DNA of 32,000 bases from Ignicoccus islandicus DSM 13165 (GCF_001481685.1 NZ_CP006867.1:540001-572000), one strand, 5' to 3'; shown: positions 9,626-18,710, numbered from the stretch's first letter. Notes: generated by a model from the sequence alone, not told the origin. Translations and numbers: made by a program.

Positions 9626-10557
9626 GGTGGAAAGACGTGGCACGGCTCTTTCATTTCCTAGGAAAAGGAGGCGTTGGTAAGACTACGTCCTCCGCGCTCC
9701 AAGCTATTCTATTGTCAAGGAAGGGGAAAACACTGCTAGTTTCCTTAGATCCAGCACATAACTTAGGAGACGTGCTTGGGATTGAACTAGGAGAGGAACC
9801 TAAGGAGGTTAAGGAGAACTTGCATGCCATGGAACCAGACGTAACGAAGCTTATGGAAGAATACGGTAAAAGCATTGCGAAGGAGATCGAAAGCCATTAC
9901 AAGTACTTGAAAGTCTTAAACTTAGATAAGATCATCAGAACGATTGAATATACCCCCGGTGTAGAGGAGCAAGTATTATTAGAAACTATAGCTCGTTTAA
10001 TGGAAATGAAATACGACTACATCGTCATTGATCACGCGCCTACAGCGCTTTCAGTTAGGGTACTTCTATTACCTCAGATAATGCTTACCTGGTTGAACCA
10101 CATAAGGGAACTTAGATTACAAATACTCAAGCGAAGGAAACTAATTGGAGCTGAATCCATAGAAGACAAAGTATTGGAAATATTAAATACAGAGATAGAG
10201 AAATATAAGGCTCTTGAAGAAACTTTTAAGAGTATAAAGAGTTCGCCAATTACAATAGTAGTCAATCCAGAGGAAATGCCTTGCTTGGAAGCCGCTAGAA
10301 TAAGAGACGTCTTAAGGAGGTTCGACATGCCTTTATGCGGAGTAGTTATAAATAAGGTTATAGTTGCAGACTCAATCGATCCAACTCTACTAGAAATGAA
10401 GGAAATGCAAAGGAAGTGGATAAATTTCATTGAAAGCTCATTTAAAGATTATCGTATAGTAAAAGTCCCATACTTGGTACCGCCACCTAGAGGAGTAAGG
10501 GAGCTCGAAGAGATTGCAAAGAAGTATTTGGGTGAACCCATGTGTTGTTATGGCTAG
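9622..10557 (+). CDS. ArsA/Get3-like anion-transporting ATPase
   Basis: Deviant Walker A GKGGVGKTTSS, LVSLDPAHNLGDVLG, DYIVIDHAPTALSVRVLLLPQ, ITIVVNPEEMPCLEAARIRDVLRRFDMPLCGVVINKV. Confidence 0.9.
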   Translation: MRWKDVARLFHFLGKGGVGKTTSSALQAILLSRKGKTLLVSLDPAHNLGDVLGIELGEEPKEVKENLHAMEPDVTKLMEEYGKSIAKEIESHYKYLKVLNLDKIIRTIEYTPGVEEQVLLETIARLMEMKYDYIVIDHAPTALSVRVLLLPQIMLTWLNHIRELRLQILKRRKLIGAESIEDKVLEILNTEIEKYKALEETFKSIKSSPITIVVNPEEMPCLEAARIRDVLRRFDMPLCGVVINKVIVADSIDPTLLEMKEMQRKWINFIESSFKDYRIVKVPYLVPPPRGVRELEEIAKKYLGEPMCCYG

Positions 10558-11147
10558 GTTTATTTGCACTTGCCGGTGCCACTACCTATCAATTCTTTAG
10601 AGGTAGAAGAACTAACTTGGAACTAATGAGAGACTACGTTAGGGAAATAGAGAGTTCGCTAGACCCTGTAGACAAATTATACACATTAACGGGATTGTAT
10701 AGCGGTTTTAAAAGCGAGTTCAAAGTAAGGAATGAAAAGATCGAAAAAATCGAGATTTCACTTGGTCTGATGCCTCGAGAGAGCTTACTCTATTACCCTA
10801 TATCTCTACTCACACTACGTCACGACAGGTTATACATTGTTTTCAGATTAACCAAAATTCCTAGAGAGGAAATTCATATAGTTCACCCTAAGACATTAGG
10901 ATACAATGCAAAGGAGCTAAGAAATGTACTAAAGAATAAAGTTATAATAAATGGTACGATCTACTTGACTAACACTGAAGAAAATCATCCTACCTTGAAC
11001 GACCTCAAATCTATTGTACTAGATGAAAACGTTCTTCACGTATCGCTCGTGCCTAGGACCTCTGTTTTATATGTCTTCCTTAAGCCGCGAAGGGGTTTAA
11101 TTAAAAAAGTGATAAAAAGTTCGCTAAACTTCATAGAAAGGCTTTAG
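10542..11147 (+). CDS. Hypothetical protein with N-terminal membrane segment (201 aa)
   Basis: Overlaps the upstream ATPase gene by 16 bp. N-terminus MLLWLGLFALAGATTYQFFRGRR looks like a single membrane anchor followed by a basic patch. Confidence 0.7.
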   Translation: MLLWLGLFALAGATTYQFFRGRRTNLELMRDYVREIESSLDPVDKLYTLTGLYSGFKSEFKVRNEKIEKIEISLGLMPRESLLYYPISLLTLRHDRLYIVFRLTKIPREEIHIVHPKTLGYNAKELRNVLKNKVIINGTIYLTNTEENHPTLNDLKSIVLDENVLHVSLVPRTSVLYVFLKPRRGLIKKVIKSSLNFIERL

Positions 11148-11623
11148 AGTTCCCTAACTTTTTTAATAATCATTTCCCACAGGGGGTCACCCGGACCTAA
11201 CAACGTATGACTCATGGGAGGGTTCCATCCGGGAATCACGTTTCGTAGCTCATTCAAGTAGATAGGCCTCTTGTACTTCTTGGGTTCAGTGACTTCCAGC
11301 GCAAAGGCTTTCTTTGATCTAGAGATATATGAGTAATCTTCCTCGCCGATACCAGTAACTTCTTCCCCGCCTTCTTGTTCAATTCGTTTCCTAACGTACT
11401 CGGGACGACCTTTTATGACTTTACCTATTCGGAATTCACCTATTATGGCTTTTATCTCACCAGAAACGTACATTACGACTAGCATTCCAGGAACTAAATC
11501 AAGTCCAATCCAAGTTCTCAGCTCGAACTTCTTATATCCGCTTAAGATTCTTTGAGCGTACTTAGGTTTTATTGATAACAAAACGACTGGTGCATCGTAA
11601 TCTTCCAGTGGCTCGATGTTCAC
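11144..11623 (-). CDS. ASCH-like domain protein (predicted RNA-binding)
   Basis: VVLLSIKPKYAQRILSGYKKFELRTW...GMLVVMYVSGEIKAIIGEFRIGKVIKG matches the ASCH/PUA-like pattern. Confidence 0.72.
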   Translation of the reverse strand: MNIEPLEDYDAPVVLLSIKPKYAQRILSGYKKFELRTWIGLDLVPGMLVVMYVSGEIKAIIGEFRIGKVIKGRPEYVRKRIEQEGGEEVTGIGEEDYSYISRSKKAFALEVTEPKKYKRPIYLNELRNVIPGWNPPMSHTLLGPGDPLWEMIIKKVREL

Positions 11624-11648
11624 TCCTAAACTCCTGTTTGAGGCTAAA

Positions 11649-12083
11649 CTAACCAGCTCCTAAGAGGTTTAATGTAGTATTCCCTATAATATACAATATT
11701 GGTGAGGCTAAAACATTGAATGAATATGAACTTGTACCTACGTCGTAAAGTAATTTTAGGAAGGTGCTTAACTCGAATGGATTAACGTACTGCGGAAGTA
11801 CTTGATTTATTGCTAGAATGAATCCGATGAGGATCCATCCAGCTGTGATAGAGATGTCCGGCGAAACGCCAAATGCCTCTTTTCCAATGTACTCGAAGAA
11901 GCAGTTCAACAGAGATCCGAGTACTACTACCGTTAACGTAGCTATCACCGAGAGTAACGAGAACGACAAGAAGGTTTGGATGGAATATGGTTTAATTAGT
12001 TCAAGAGCGATTAAAACGGAATTCCACAGAGCAAGTAAGACTACACCATAACCTATGCTTAGTACAACACAATACCGAGCCAC
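11649..12083 (-). CDS. Small polytopic membrane protein (144 aa)
   Basis: Several hydrophobic segments; open frame filling the interval between the ASCH gene and the tRNA. Confidence 0.55.
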   Translation of the reverse strand: MARYCVVLSIGYGVVLLALWNSVLIALELIKPYSIQTFLSFSLLSVIATLTVVVLGSLLNCFFEYIGKEAFGVSPDISITAGWILIGFILAINQVLPQYVNPFELSTFLKLLYDVGTSSYSFNVLASPILYIIGNTTLNLLGAG

Positions 12084-12151
12084 GTGAAGAACCCTTACGT
12101 CATCTTTCAGATTAAATTTTTAAACACTCAAGTATGGATGTGCTACGGCGA

Positions 12152-12226
12152 GCCGCGGTAGTATAGCCCGGCCAAGTATGCGGGCCTTTCAAGCCCGTGA
12201 CCCGGGTTCAAATCCCGGCCGCGGCA
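12152..12226 (+). tRNA. tRNA-Glu (TTC), followed by an encoded CCA (12227-12229)
   Basis: Cloverleaf: acceptor GCCGCGG/CCGCGGC, anticodon stem CGGGC-CTTTCAA-GCCCG, T arm CCGGG-TTCAAAT-CCCGG. An A/T-rich box (aattttt/aaac) lies about 26-30 nt upstream. Confidence 0.95.
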
Positions 12227-12353
12227 CCATATACCATCCCCTTGTTATCATTCTCATCATTCCTTCGCAAGTGTGCTTATCAAGCATACTCAATTAAGTA
12301 TCGTATGAAAGTTAAACTTATTAGCCTCGGCAGAGGCGTAATCATCACGGGAA

Positions 12354-12491
12354 CCCGCCGTAGCTCAGCGGTAGAGCGCCCGGCTGTAGGACCCGTACGT
12401 GGTCCACCCCCGGAGTGGGGCACTCAGCCCCCAGATGAAGGGGTGGGCAGCAGAAACCGGGTGGCCCGGGGTTCGAGTCCCCGCGGCGGGA
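12354..12491 (+). tRNA. tRNA-Tyr (GTA) with predicted intron 12390-12455; encoded CCA 12492-12494
   Basis: Acceptor CCCGCCG/CGGCGGG with the C1-G72 pair expected of archaeal tRNA-Tyr, D arm GCTC-AGCGGTA-GAGC, anticodon stem CCCGG/CCGGG, T arm CGGGG-TTCGAGT-CCCCG. Bulge-helix-bulge: helix CTGT/GCAG flanked by AGG and AAA bulges. Mature length is 72 nt. Confidence 0.92.
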
Positions 12492-12543
12492 CCAGGGCCA
12501 CCCATCAATCCTTCCACTACCACAGTTGGTCTAGGGATAGAAG

Positions 12544-12708
12544 ATGTCAACAGAAGATAAAGTGAAATTAGAAATTATCGAGAAATACTCCGCTCTCGGA
12601 GAGAAACGTTACGTTGTGAAAATTACCGGAACAAACATTCTGATTAACATAAAAGCTGAGAACGAAGACGAAGCACTAAAGAGAGCTAGAAAGTTGCTTT
12701 TCGGTTGA
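12544..12708 (+). CDS. Small hypothetical protein (54 aa), not in supplied ORF track
   Basis: Manual translation: MSTEDKVKLEIIEKYSALGEKRYVVKITGTNILINIKAENEDEALKRARKLLFG*. Compact domain-like composition; overlaps the 3' end of trkH on the other strand by about 23 bp. Confidence 0.55.
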   Translation: MSTEDKVKLEIIEKYSALGEKRYVVKITGTNILINIKAENEDEALKRARKLLFG

Positions 12709-14176
12709 GCCTCTTCCTTTTAATGATATGACAAAGTTCCCCTCCTACGGACTGGATGAAATATAGTACTGGCACTATTTCAAGCTTACCAACTATCATC
12801 GAGATTGCTAATATCATTCTTATATCTACAGTCGCTAAGGAAGTTAGACCTGAAGATAAGCCTGTTCCAGACATCGCAGAAGATACTTCAAACATCACGT
12901 CCGTTGGGGATACGCTTATCTTATGTAATTTGACGAGCTCAACTAACACGGCCGATATGACTAGAAAGGTCAAGAAGTACAGAACTACGAAAGTCATCAT
13001 GGCAGTTAGTTCCGATTCAGAAATTTCCCTATCGATTTTGAGTGTGCTTACAAATCCTTCTGGTTTGCCTAACGATCTGAGTTGCCTTCTGATTATTTTC
13101 CAGAAAACGTAAATTCTGTATAGTTTGATACCACCGCCTGTTGAGAAAGTTGATGCACCTATAAGCATAGCAATTATCAATATGAACTTTGAAGATAGCG
13201 GATACTTGGATACATCAACTATGGAAAAACCAGAAGTCGTAACTGCACTTGCTGAATGGAAAAACGCGTTCCAAATAGTATAGAAGTCGTATTTACCCCA
13301 AGAAATCATGAGGAGAACTGCATAGAAAGCGATTGATGCTAAAAGCATTCTAAGCTCAACGTGTTTAATCGCTTGTTTCAATTTACCATATTTTATGTTA
13401 AGGTAAATTGAGAAGTTCAAAGCACCCAGTATGCACGTTATTATGACTGCTAGCTGTTGAGGGAAACTGAGATCTCCCGCCCCCATATCTGTAGGTGAGA
13501 ATCCTCCAGTAGCTAAAGCAGCGAAAGTGTAAACAATAGCATTATATACGCTCATTCCACTAATTGTCATGTATATTATTGGTATTACGGTCAACACGAT
13601 ATACGTTATAATTAGATCCTTAACGGTTTGGTACATACTGGGTCTTACCTTTTCTCCTTTACCAAGGGCTGAGACTATACCGGTAGGAGATACATTGTAG
13701 ACGAGAGCGAGTATCAAGACTAGGAACAAAGTCCCGACTTCTCCTACCCACTGAGACGTCGCTCTATATGCATTAACGAAGGGCGTGTACTTAGAAGGCT
13801 CGATTACTGTAAAGCCAGTACCACTGAGACCGCTCACCATTTCGAAATAGGAATCCGCTATATCTAATTTTGTTACAATAGAGAAAGGTATTGCTAGGAA
13901 AAACGGTGTAGCGAACCAGAAGATAACCAATGCCTTTAGTATGGTCCGGGCAGTAACTGTCCTCAGTACCTCGAAGTATTTCTTAACTATATAGAATAAT
14001 ATTGATGATATTAAGAGGGATGATAAGGAGTATATGTCGTAATATGGATACGTAAGTGAAACGATAGGAGCAATAAAAAGAGTTAAGGCGGTGACGGATA
14101 TAGAAAGCATTAGCCCCCATAGTATTTCCGATGATCTACGTGTGTCTCCTGATCCTCTGAAGGTACGCCACTGCAT
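12686..14176 (-). CDS. TrkH/KtrB-family potassium uptake protein
   Basis: GLSGTGFTVIEP, ATGGFSP, SAVTTSGFS and STFSTGGGIKLYRIY pore-loop-like repeats; about 10 hydrophobic segments. The true start may be internal (MLSISV...). Confidence 0.9.
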   Translation of the reverse strand: MQWRTFRGSGDTRRSSEILWGLMLSISVTALTLFIAPIVSLTYPYYDIYSLSSLLISSILFYIVKKYFEVLRTVTARTILKALVIFWFATPFFLAIPFSIVTKLDIADSYFEMVSGLSGTGFTVIEPSKYTPFVNAYRATSQWVGEVGTLFLVLILALVYNVSPTGIVSALGKGEKVRPSMYQTVKDLIITYIVLTVIPIIYMTISGMSVYNAIVYTFAALATGGFSPTDMGAGDLSFPQQLAVIITCILGALNFSIYLNIKYGKLKQAIKHVELRMLLASIAFYAVLLMISWGKYDFYTIWNAFFHSASAVTTSGFSIVDVSKYPLSSKFILIIAMLIGASTFSTGGGIKLYRIYVFWKIIRRQLRSLGKPEGFVSTLKIDREISESELTAMMTFVVLYFLTFLVISAVLVELVKLHKISVSPTDVMFEVSSAMSGTGLSSGLTSLATVDIRMILAISMIVGKLEIVPVLYFIQSVGGELCHIIKRKRLNRKATF

Positions 14177-16976
14177 TCAACAGGACCGCTGGGAGCGCCT
14201 TCTTAGGTATATAAAAGTATCTCGGCACCATGTTCTTGATGAGAGTATCAGCTGGTATCATCACCTTTACTTCGTAATATTCCTCGTCAGGGAACTTGCT
14301 TAAGAATCCCTCTGGGTCTTGGAGTATTTCTAATGGTTTAAAGTATCTCATGTTATATTCGTCCTTAGGCGATGTTCTAAAGTATACCACGAAGTTCTCG
14401 TGGATGTCTTTCGGCTTAAAGGAGGAACTATATTCATCTCTCTTCATTATTTCATCGAGATCATCTAGAAGTATCCACCTAGTCTCACCGAATTCGACGT
14501 CGATGAACTGTAGGGTTCTGTTCTTTGAAGTGGGTTTTCTCATTTCCTTCAGCTTGTTTTCAATAGTTGTTGGGCTCAAGTTAAGCATTAGAGCAAGTTC
14601 CTCAACTGTAAAGGCTTCGCCTTTAAGCGTGTTCACTATCCTCATCTCGACCATTTTAAGCCATGGTCTAACGGGAGGCAGGGATAGCAGATATTCCGTA
14701 AATGGAGAGTATGTCTTCGCCTTAAGTAACTTGAGCTTTATTTTGCCACTTTTAATCCCTTCAAGGAATTCCTTGGTTGCTTCGATGTCGAAGTGCTTCT
14801 GGATAGTTTGCTTAATTGCTTCTTCATATATTATCCCATCATTAGGCGTAACTTTACCTATCTTCCCGAAGCTTAGTTGAATCTCCTTGGCCACTTGGAA
14901 TAAGTACGGTGAACGTTCAAGCGATTTCTTAAGGAGTTCTTCTACGTTATCTATTTTCTTCAGTAATTGAACAACATTAGGTATCTTTTCGTTAGTCTCT
15001 ATAGTTACCGCAATACCTACCATGGAAGACCTTATTTGAACCGAAGTTGTATATTCAGATGATATTAGGTACATCAATATGTGAGCAATAGTTTCTGCAA
15101 CTCTGTGGTCGATAAATCCGGTTATGCTATATCCCTTGTCTAATTTTTCTACATAGTAGAGGTTACCTCCTGGAATAGGTACTTTTCTCTTTTGGTACCA
15201 TTCAACAACCCTTCTTATTTTCATTTGAGCTTCTTCCGAAACTCTAACGTTGGATGGTACCTCTTGAGACGTCAAAACTTCAATGGCATAAACGGGTACT
15301 AAAGGACTTCTTATTGATTCATCACTACGCCATAGAGGTACTTCGCCCTTGTCGTCTGTAGAAGGTTCAACTATCACTCTCATATTTTCTTCATCGATAT
15401 TAATTATTTTCCATACTCTTCCGGCAAGTCTTATCTTGCTATCAGGTCTTAGGTACTTGTATACGTAGAAGGCGTCCAAATCACCTATTGTCTTGTTGTT
15501 CCACTTCACTACGAAGGTATCTCTTTCTGAAATCATAGAGAAGAACTCACCGAAAGGTCTACTCCACCATTTCTTGCTTTGGCAATCGAAGCACCATAGT
15601 TTGTAGAACATATATCCTATCTTCAAGTTATTATTTTCTTTGTTTAAGAGTTTATTCTTGACCAATATGTCTATAACTTCATCGAATGTTTCGCGTGTAA
15701 GGTTTCTAAAGAGATACGATCCCCTTACGACCTCATAGGCGAAATTCACATCAAGCTGTTTATATTGTAATACCATTCCTATTATCTCGCGTGCCAATAC
15801 ATCTAATGGCATCTCAATTACTTTAGGTTTCTCAACTATGCCTCTGACAGCCAGGATTGATTCTATGTATGAGTCTATCGTATCTATTTCAGTTGTCGTT
15901 ATCAGAGAGCCCCTCGACTCCCCACCCAATTCGTGTCCAGCCCTACCAATTCTCTGGAGCAGAGCCGCAACGCTTCCCGGAGACTTAACTTGAATTACTT
16001 TCTTCAGTTTATTAATATCAATACCAAGCTCTAGAGTCTTCGTAGCTATTACCACGTCTATCTTACCGTCTTTGAGAAGTTTCTCGCTGCTAACTCTCAC
16101 GTCTTTCGATACCGAAGAGTGATGAACTTCTACTTTTAAGTTGGAGATTTTACTTATTTCTTCGTGCAATCTCTCTGCAGCGAACCTGGTATTAACGAAA
16201 ACTAGAGTGGGTGGATCTACCTTCTCTAAGACCTTCTTGGCTAATTCAGACCAGAAGTTGGTGTTCTCGGTTGAAGTGACGGTATCAATCTCCAGAGTTA
16301 TCTTCCTCCTTTTAGATACACTTACAATTCGAGTATCTCTCTTTGATGAACCAAACAACACCTTAGCGGTAAGTTCCGGATCTCCTACTGTAGCACTTAA
16401 TGCTATTCTCTGGAAGTCATACTGTGTGTAGGCTTTGAGTCGCTCAAGTAATACAGAGAGTTGAGCCCCTCGCTTATTGCTCACTAGCTCATGTGCTTCG
16501 TCTATTATAACCCATTTGACGTTCTTATAATATTTCCTAAATTGAGTAGCCCAGTCTAGATCTATTTCAAGTCCTTCAGGTGTTGTAAGTAATATGTGTG
16601 GTACTTTCTTTAGTCTAGTACTTCTCTCGGAGGCCGAAACGTCACCGTGCTTTCTGGCAACTCTAAATCCTAACGGTGAGGCCCACCATTCTATTCTTTC
16701 CTTTAAATCGTTTATTAGTGATTTCAGAGGAGTGATGTAGATTACTGCTAGCGGTTCTGGTTTCATTGAAATCATCTTTGCTAATACTGGTAAGATGGCC
16801 GCTTCCGTTTTTCCATAGCCTGTAGGTGCCATGATTAAGGTATTCTTACCGTCATAGACTGGTTTGAACGCCTTTTCTTGAATTTCAGTTAATCTGGTCC
16901 AACCTTTCTTCTTAATTAGTTCAAGTAATTCGCTCGGAATCCTCAATTCTTCAACGCTTATCACTGTCCAATGCAC
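14136..16976 (-). CDS. lhr: Lhr-type superfamily 2 helicase
   Basis: 946 aa: LTEIQEKAFKPVYDGKNTLIMAPTGYGKTEAAILPVL, VIIDEAHEL, LSATVGDPEL, LVFVNTRFAAERL, VIATKTLELGIDI, QRIGRAGH. Confidence 0.94.
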   Translation of the reverse strand: MHWTVISVEELRIPSELLELIKKKGWTRLTEIQEKAFKPVYDGKNTLIMAPTGYGKTEAAILPVLAKMISMKPEPLAVIYITPLKSLINDLKERIEWWASPLGFRVARKHGDVSASERSTRLKKVPHILLTTPEGLEIDLDWATQFRKYYKNVKWVIIDEAHELVSNKRGAQLSVLLERLKAYTQYDFQRIALSATVGDPELTAKVLFGSSKRDTRIVSVSKRRKITLEIDTVTSTENTNFWSELAKKVLEKVDPPTLVFVNTRFAAERLHEEISKISNLKVEVHHSSVSKDVRVSSEKLLKDGKIDVVIATKTLELGIDINKLKKVIQVKSPGSVAALLQRIGRAGHELGGESRGSLITTTEIDTIDSYIESILAVRGIVEKPKVIEMPLDVLAREIIGMVLQYKQLDVNFAYEVVRGSYLFRNLTRETFDEVIDILVKNKLLNKENNNLKIGYMFYKLWCFDCQSKKWWSRPFGEFFSMISERDTFVVKWNNKTIGDLDAFYVYKYLRPDSKIRLAGRVWKIINIDEENMRVIVEPSTDDKGEVPLWRSDESIRSPLVPVYAIEVLTSQEVPSNVRVSEEAQMKIRRVVEWYQKRKVPIPGGNLYYVEKLDKGYSITGFIDHRVAETIAHILMYLISSEYTTSVQIRSSMVGIAVTIETNEKIPNVVQLLKKIDNVEELLKKSLERSPYLFQVAKEIQLSFGKIGKVTPNDGIIYEEAIKQTIQKHFDIEATKEFLEGIKSGKIKLKLLKAKTYSPFTEYLLSLPPVRPWLKMVEMRIVNTLKGEAFTVEELALMLNLSPTTIENKLKEMRKPTSKNRTLQFIDVEFGETRWILLDDLDEIMKRDEYSSSFKPKDIHENFVVYFRTSPKDEYNMRYFKPLEILQDPEGFLSKFPDEEYYEVKVMIPADTLIKNMVPRYFYIPKKALPAVLLNAVAYLQRIRRHT

Positions 16977-17087
16977 CTCCTTTAACTACACCTTCTACCA
17001 CTACTCTCGTGACTGTATCTGCATCTAGGACAGTAAAGTCGGTTATATAAGTTATGATTCCCCAACTTCGATCCGGGTAGTGTAAAA

Positions 17088-17339
17088 TTGAAAAAACAGA
17101 GAAGGAAATGCATGTTCTGTGGAAGATATTTCTTTGAAGGTCAAGGAATCGAAATAACGATTGGGGGAGAAAAATTCTATTTTCATAGTAAAAAATGTGC
17201 TTTGGAATTTTTGAAAAGATTGTTAGAGGTGCTTCCCCCAGAAGTCGTTCTACCAGCGGCACAAAACTTGAAAAGAGAGCTTGAGGAGGCAATTGAAATG
17301 AAGGAAAAGGCAAGCACTAAAAAATTTGGAGTTAAGTAA
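17088..17339 (+). CDS. Small L24e/TRASH-like zinc-binding protein (83 aa)
   Basis: CMFCGRYFFEGQGIEITIGGEKFYFHSKKCALEF (CxxC...HxxxC) with a helical tail. Confidence 0.75.
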   Translation: MKKQRRKCMFCGRYFFEGQGIEITIGGEKFYFHSKKCALEFLKRLLEVLPPEVVLPAAQNLKRELEEAIEMKEKASTKKFGVK

Positions 17340-17343
17340 CCGG

Positions 17344-17583
17344 TTATTCTTCGATAGGTTCTACGTGAATTATTTGAACTGGACAAGCTTGTGCCGCTTG
17401 CTCTACACAGTCCTTTAATTCCTCGGGAACGATACCTATTGCGGGATTTCCATCAACCCTGTATTGTTCAACTATTACTGACTTGTACTCTTCGTTCATT
17501 TCAAATACGTCTGGACACAAGTGAACGCAAACTGCGTCGGATATACACTTCTCTACCTCAATGGTTACTTTATACTTCACCAT
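17344..17583 (-). CDS. Ferredoxin with Asp at one canonical cluster-ligand position
   Basis: CISDAVCVHLCP...ACPVQI: the second cysteine of CxxCxxCxxxCP is replaced by Asp, as in the Pyrococcus furiosus ferredoxin type. Confidence 0.88.
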   Translation of the reverse strand: MVKYKVTIEVEKCISDAVCVHLCPDVFEMNEEYKSVIVEQYRVDGNPAIGIVPEELKDCVEQAAQACPVQIIHVEPIEE

Positions 17584-17650
17584 ACCCGTTTCACCCTCGA
17601 TTTAGGCTATCTATACGTGGCCTTATTATGAGTTATGTTAGGATATTGCT

Positions 17651-17717
17651 GGCCGATGAGGATTGTGGCGGACAATGAGCGTTAATTGCAATGATTACTA
17701 GGAGCCCACTGAGGCAG
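17651..17717 (+). ncRNA. Candidate C/D box sRNA
   Basis: C-like CCGATGA (17653-59), C'-like ATGATTA (17691-97), 11-nt spacer, box D CTGA (17709-12), short flanking GCC/GGC pairing. Confidence 0.3.
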
Positions 17718-17854
17718 TTCCTCGCAGTACGAGTAAATTATGAACTCGATGGTCTGTTGGAATCCAATCTTAACATTGTGAGATAATTTGCTTCATTGTC
17801 AATTGAAATCTTGATGCAGTTAACCACGTTGAGATATATAAAAAGAAGACCGGA

Positions 17855-18493
17855 TTATATCATTTTTATCTTAGTTTCGAATTCGCTAATTGGTGCCGGT
17901 TCATCTAAAGACGCGTCCGGACTTAGTTGTTTCTTCTCAACAAGTATTTGACGCGTTAGCAACCAGTAGAGTAGTGCTAGGCTCTTCCTTCCTTTGTTGT
18001 TTCCGGGTATTATTAGATCGATGTTTTCAGTTTTACTGTCAGTATCACAGAATGCGACTACGGGGATTCCTACTTCGGATGCTTCAATTATTGCTTGTTG
18101 ATCGACTCTGGGGTCAGTTACTAAGATTACATCTGGCTCGTAGTAAACTTCTAATGCAGGGTTAGTTAAGGTCCCTGGTACGAATCTTCCAATTACAGGT
18201 TTGGCTCCGACGAATTTACTGAACATCAAGACGGGTTTGTGACCATATTGTCTCACGGATACAGCCATTATTTTTTCTGGCTCGAACCTCGATAGGAACT
18301 TTGCTGCAATCCTTATTCTCTCGTCTATTTTCCTAACATCTAATATTGCAAGTCCATCGATGTTCCTCCTCTTGAATACAAACTTATTCATATACTTCAT
18401 TACCATTTTAGTTCCTATATGGACTCCATGTTGGAGGTATAACTCCAACGGTATTAGTAACTCAACAACCGACTCCTTGGTTTCCGCGCTCAT
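17855..18493 (-). CDS. rps2: 30S ribosomal protein uS2
   Basis: HVGIHTGTKM-like start ([41 protein letters not shown]), [37 protein letters not shown]. Confidence 0.96.
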   Translation of the reverse strand: MSAETKESVVELLIPLELYLQHGVHIGTKMVMKYMNKFVFKRRNIDGLAILDVRKIDERIRIAAKFLSRFEPEKIMAVSVRQYGHKPVLMFSKFVGAKPVIGRFVPGTLTNPALEVYYEPDVILVTDPRVDQQAIIEASEVGIPVVAFCDTDSKTENIDLIIPGNNKGRKSLALLYWLLTRQILVEKKQLSPDASLDEPAPISEFETKIKMI

Positions 18494-18497
18494 TGTG

Positions 18498-18704
18498 TTA
18501 CCACCTATAGACGTGCTTACTGAACTTAATTATATCCTTAGTCGTATCCACTGTTGCTAGTAGCGTGCGTCTACAGCAATACCTATCTATTTTGAGATCA
18601 TCTAGCACTTTTCCGGGATCTTCACCATTTCTTACTCTTCTTTGGAATTCATCATAATAATGTATTATCACACGCCCGCAAGTGTAACATCGGATGGGTA
18701 TCAA
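18498..18704 (-). CDS. rpoN: RNA polymerase subunit N (Rpb10 homologue)
   Basis: [13 protein letters not shown]...[20 protein letters not shown]. Confidence 0.96.
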   Translation of the reverse strand: MIPIRCYTCGRVIIHYYDEFQRRVRNGEDPGKVLDDLKIDRYCCRRTLLATVDTTKDIIKFSKHVYRW

Positions 18705-18710
18705 AAAGTA

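Noticed and set aside
9651-10430. Minus-strand ORFs 9651-9875 and 10074-10430
   Set aside because: Antisense shadows of the ArsA-like ATPase.
12197-12565. 122-aa plus-strand ORF and the minus-strand ORF 12365-12550
   Set aside because: They run through the tRNA-Glu 3' end and the intron-containing tRNA-Tyr; peptides are low-complexity translations of tRNA sequence.
14296-14880. 194-aa plus-strand ORF inside the helicase gene
   Set aside because: Fully antisense to the strongly supported Lhr helicase; Ser/Leu/Ile-rich shadow composition.
16951-17313. 120-aa minus-strand ORF (with nested 17183-17386)
   Set aside because: Antisense to the L24e/TRASH-like gene, whose Cys motif is convincing; no family features in the antisense frame.
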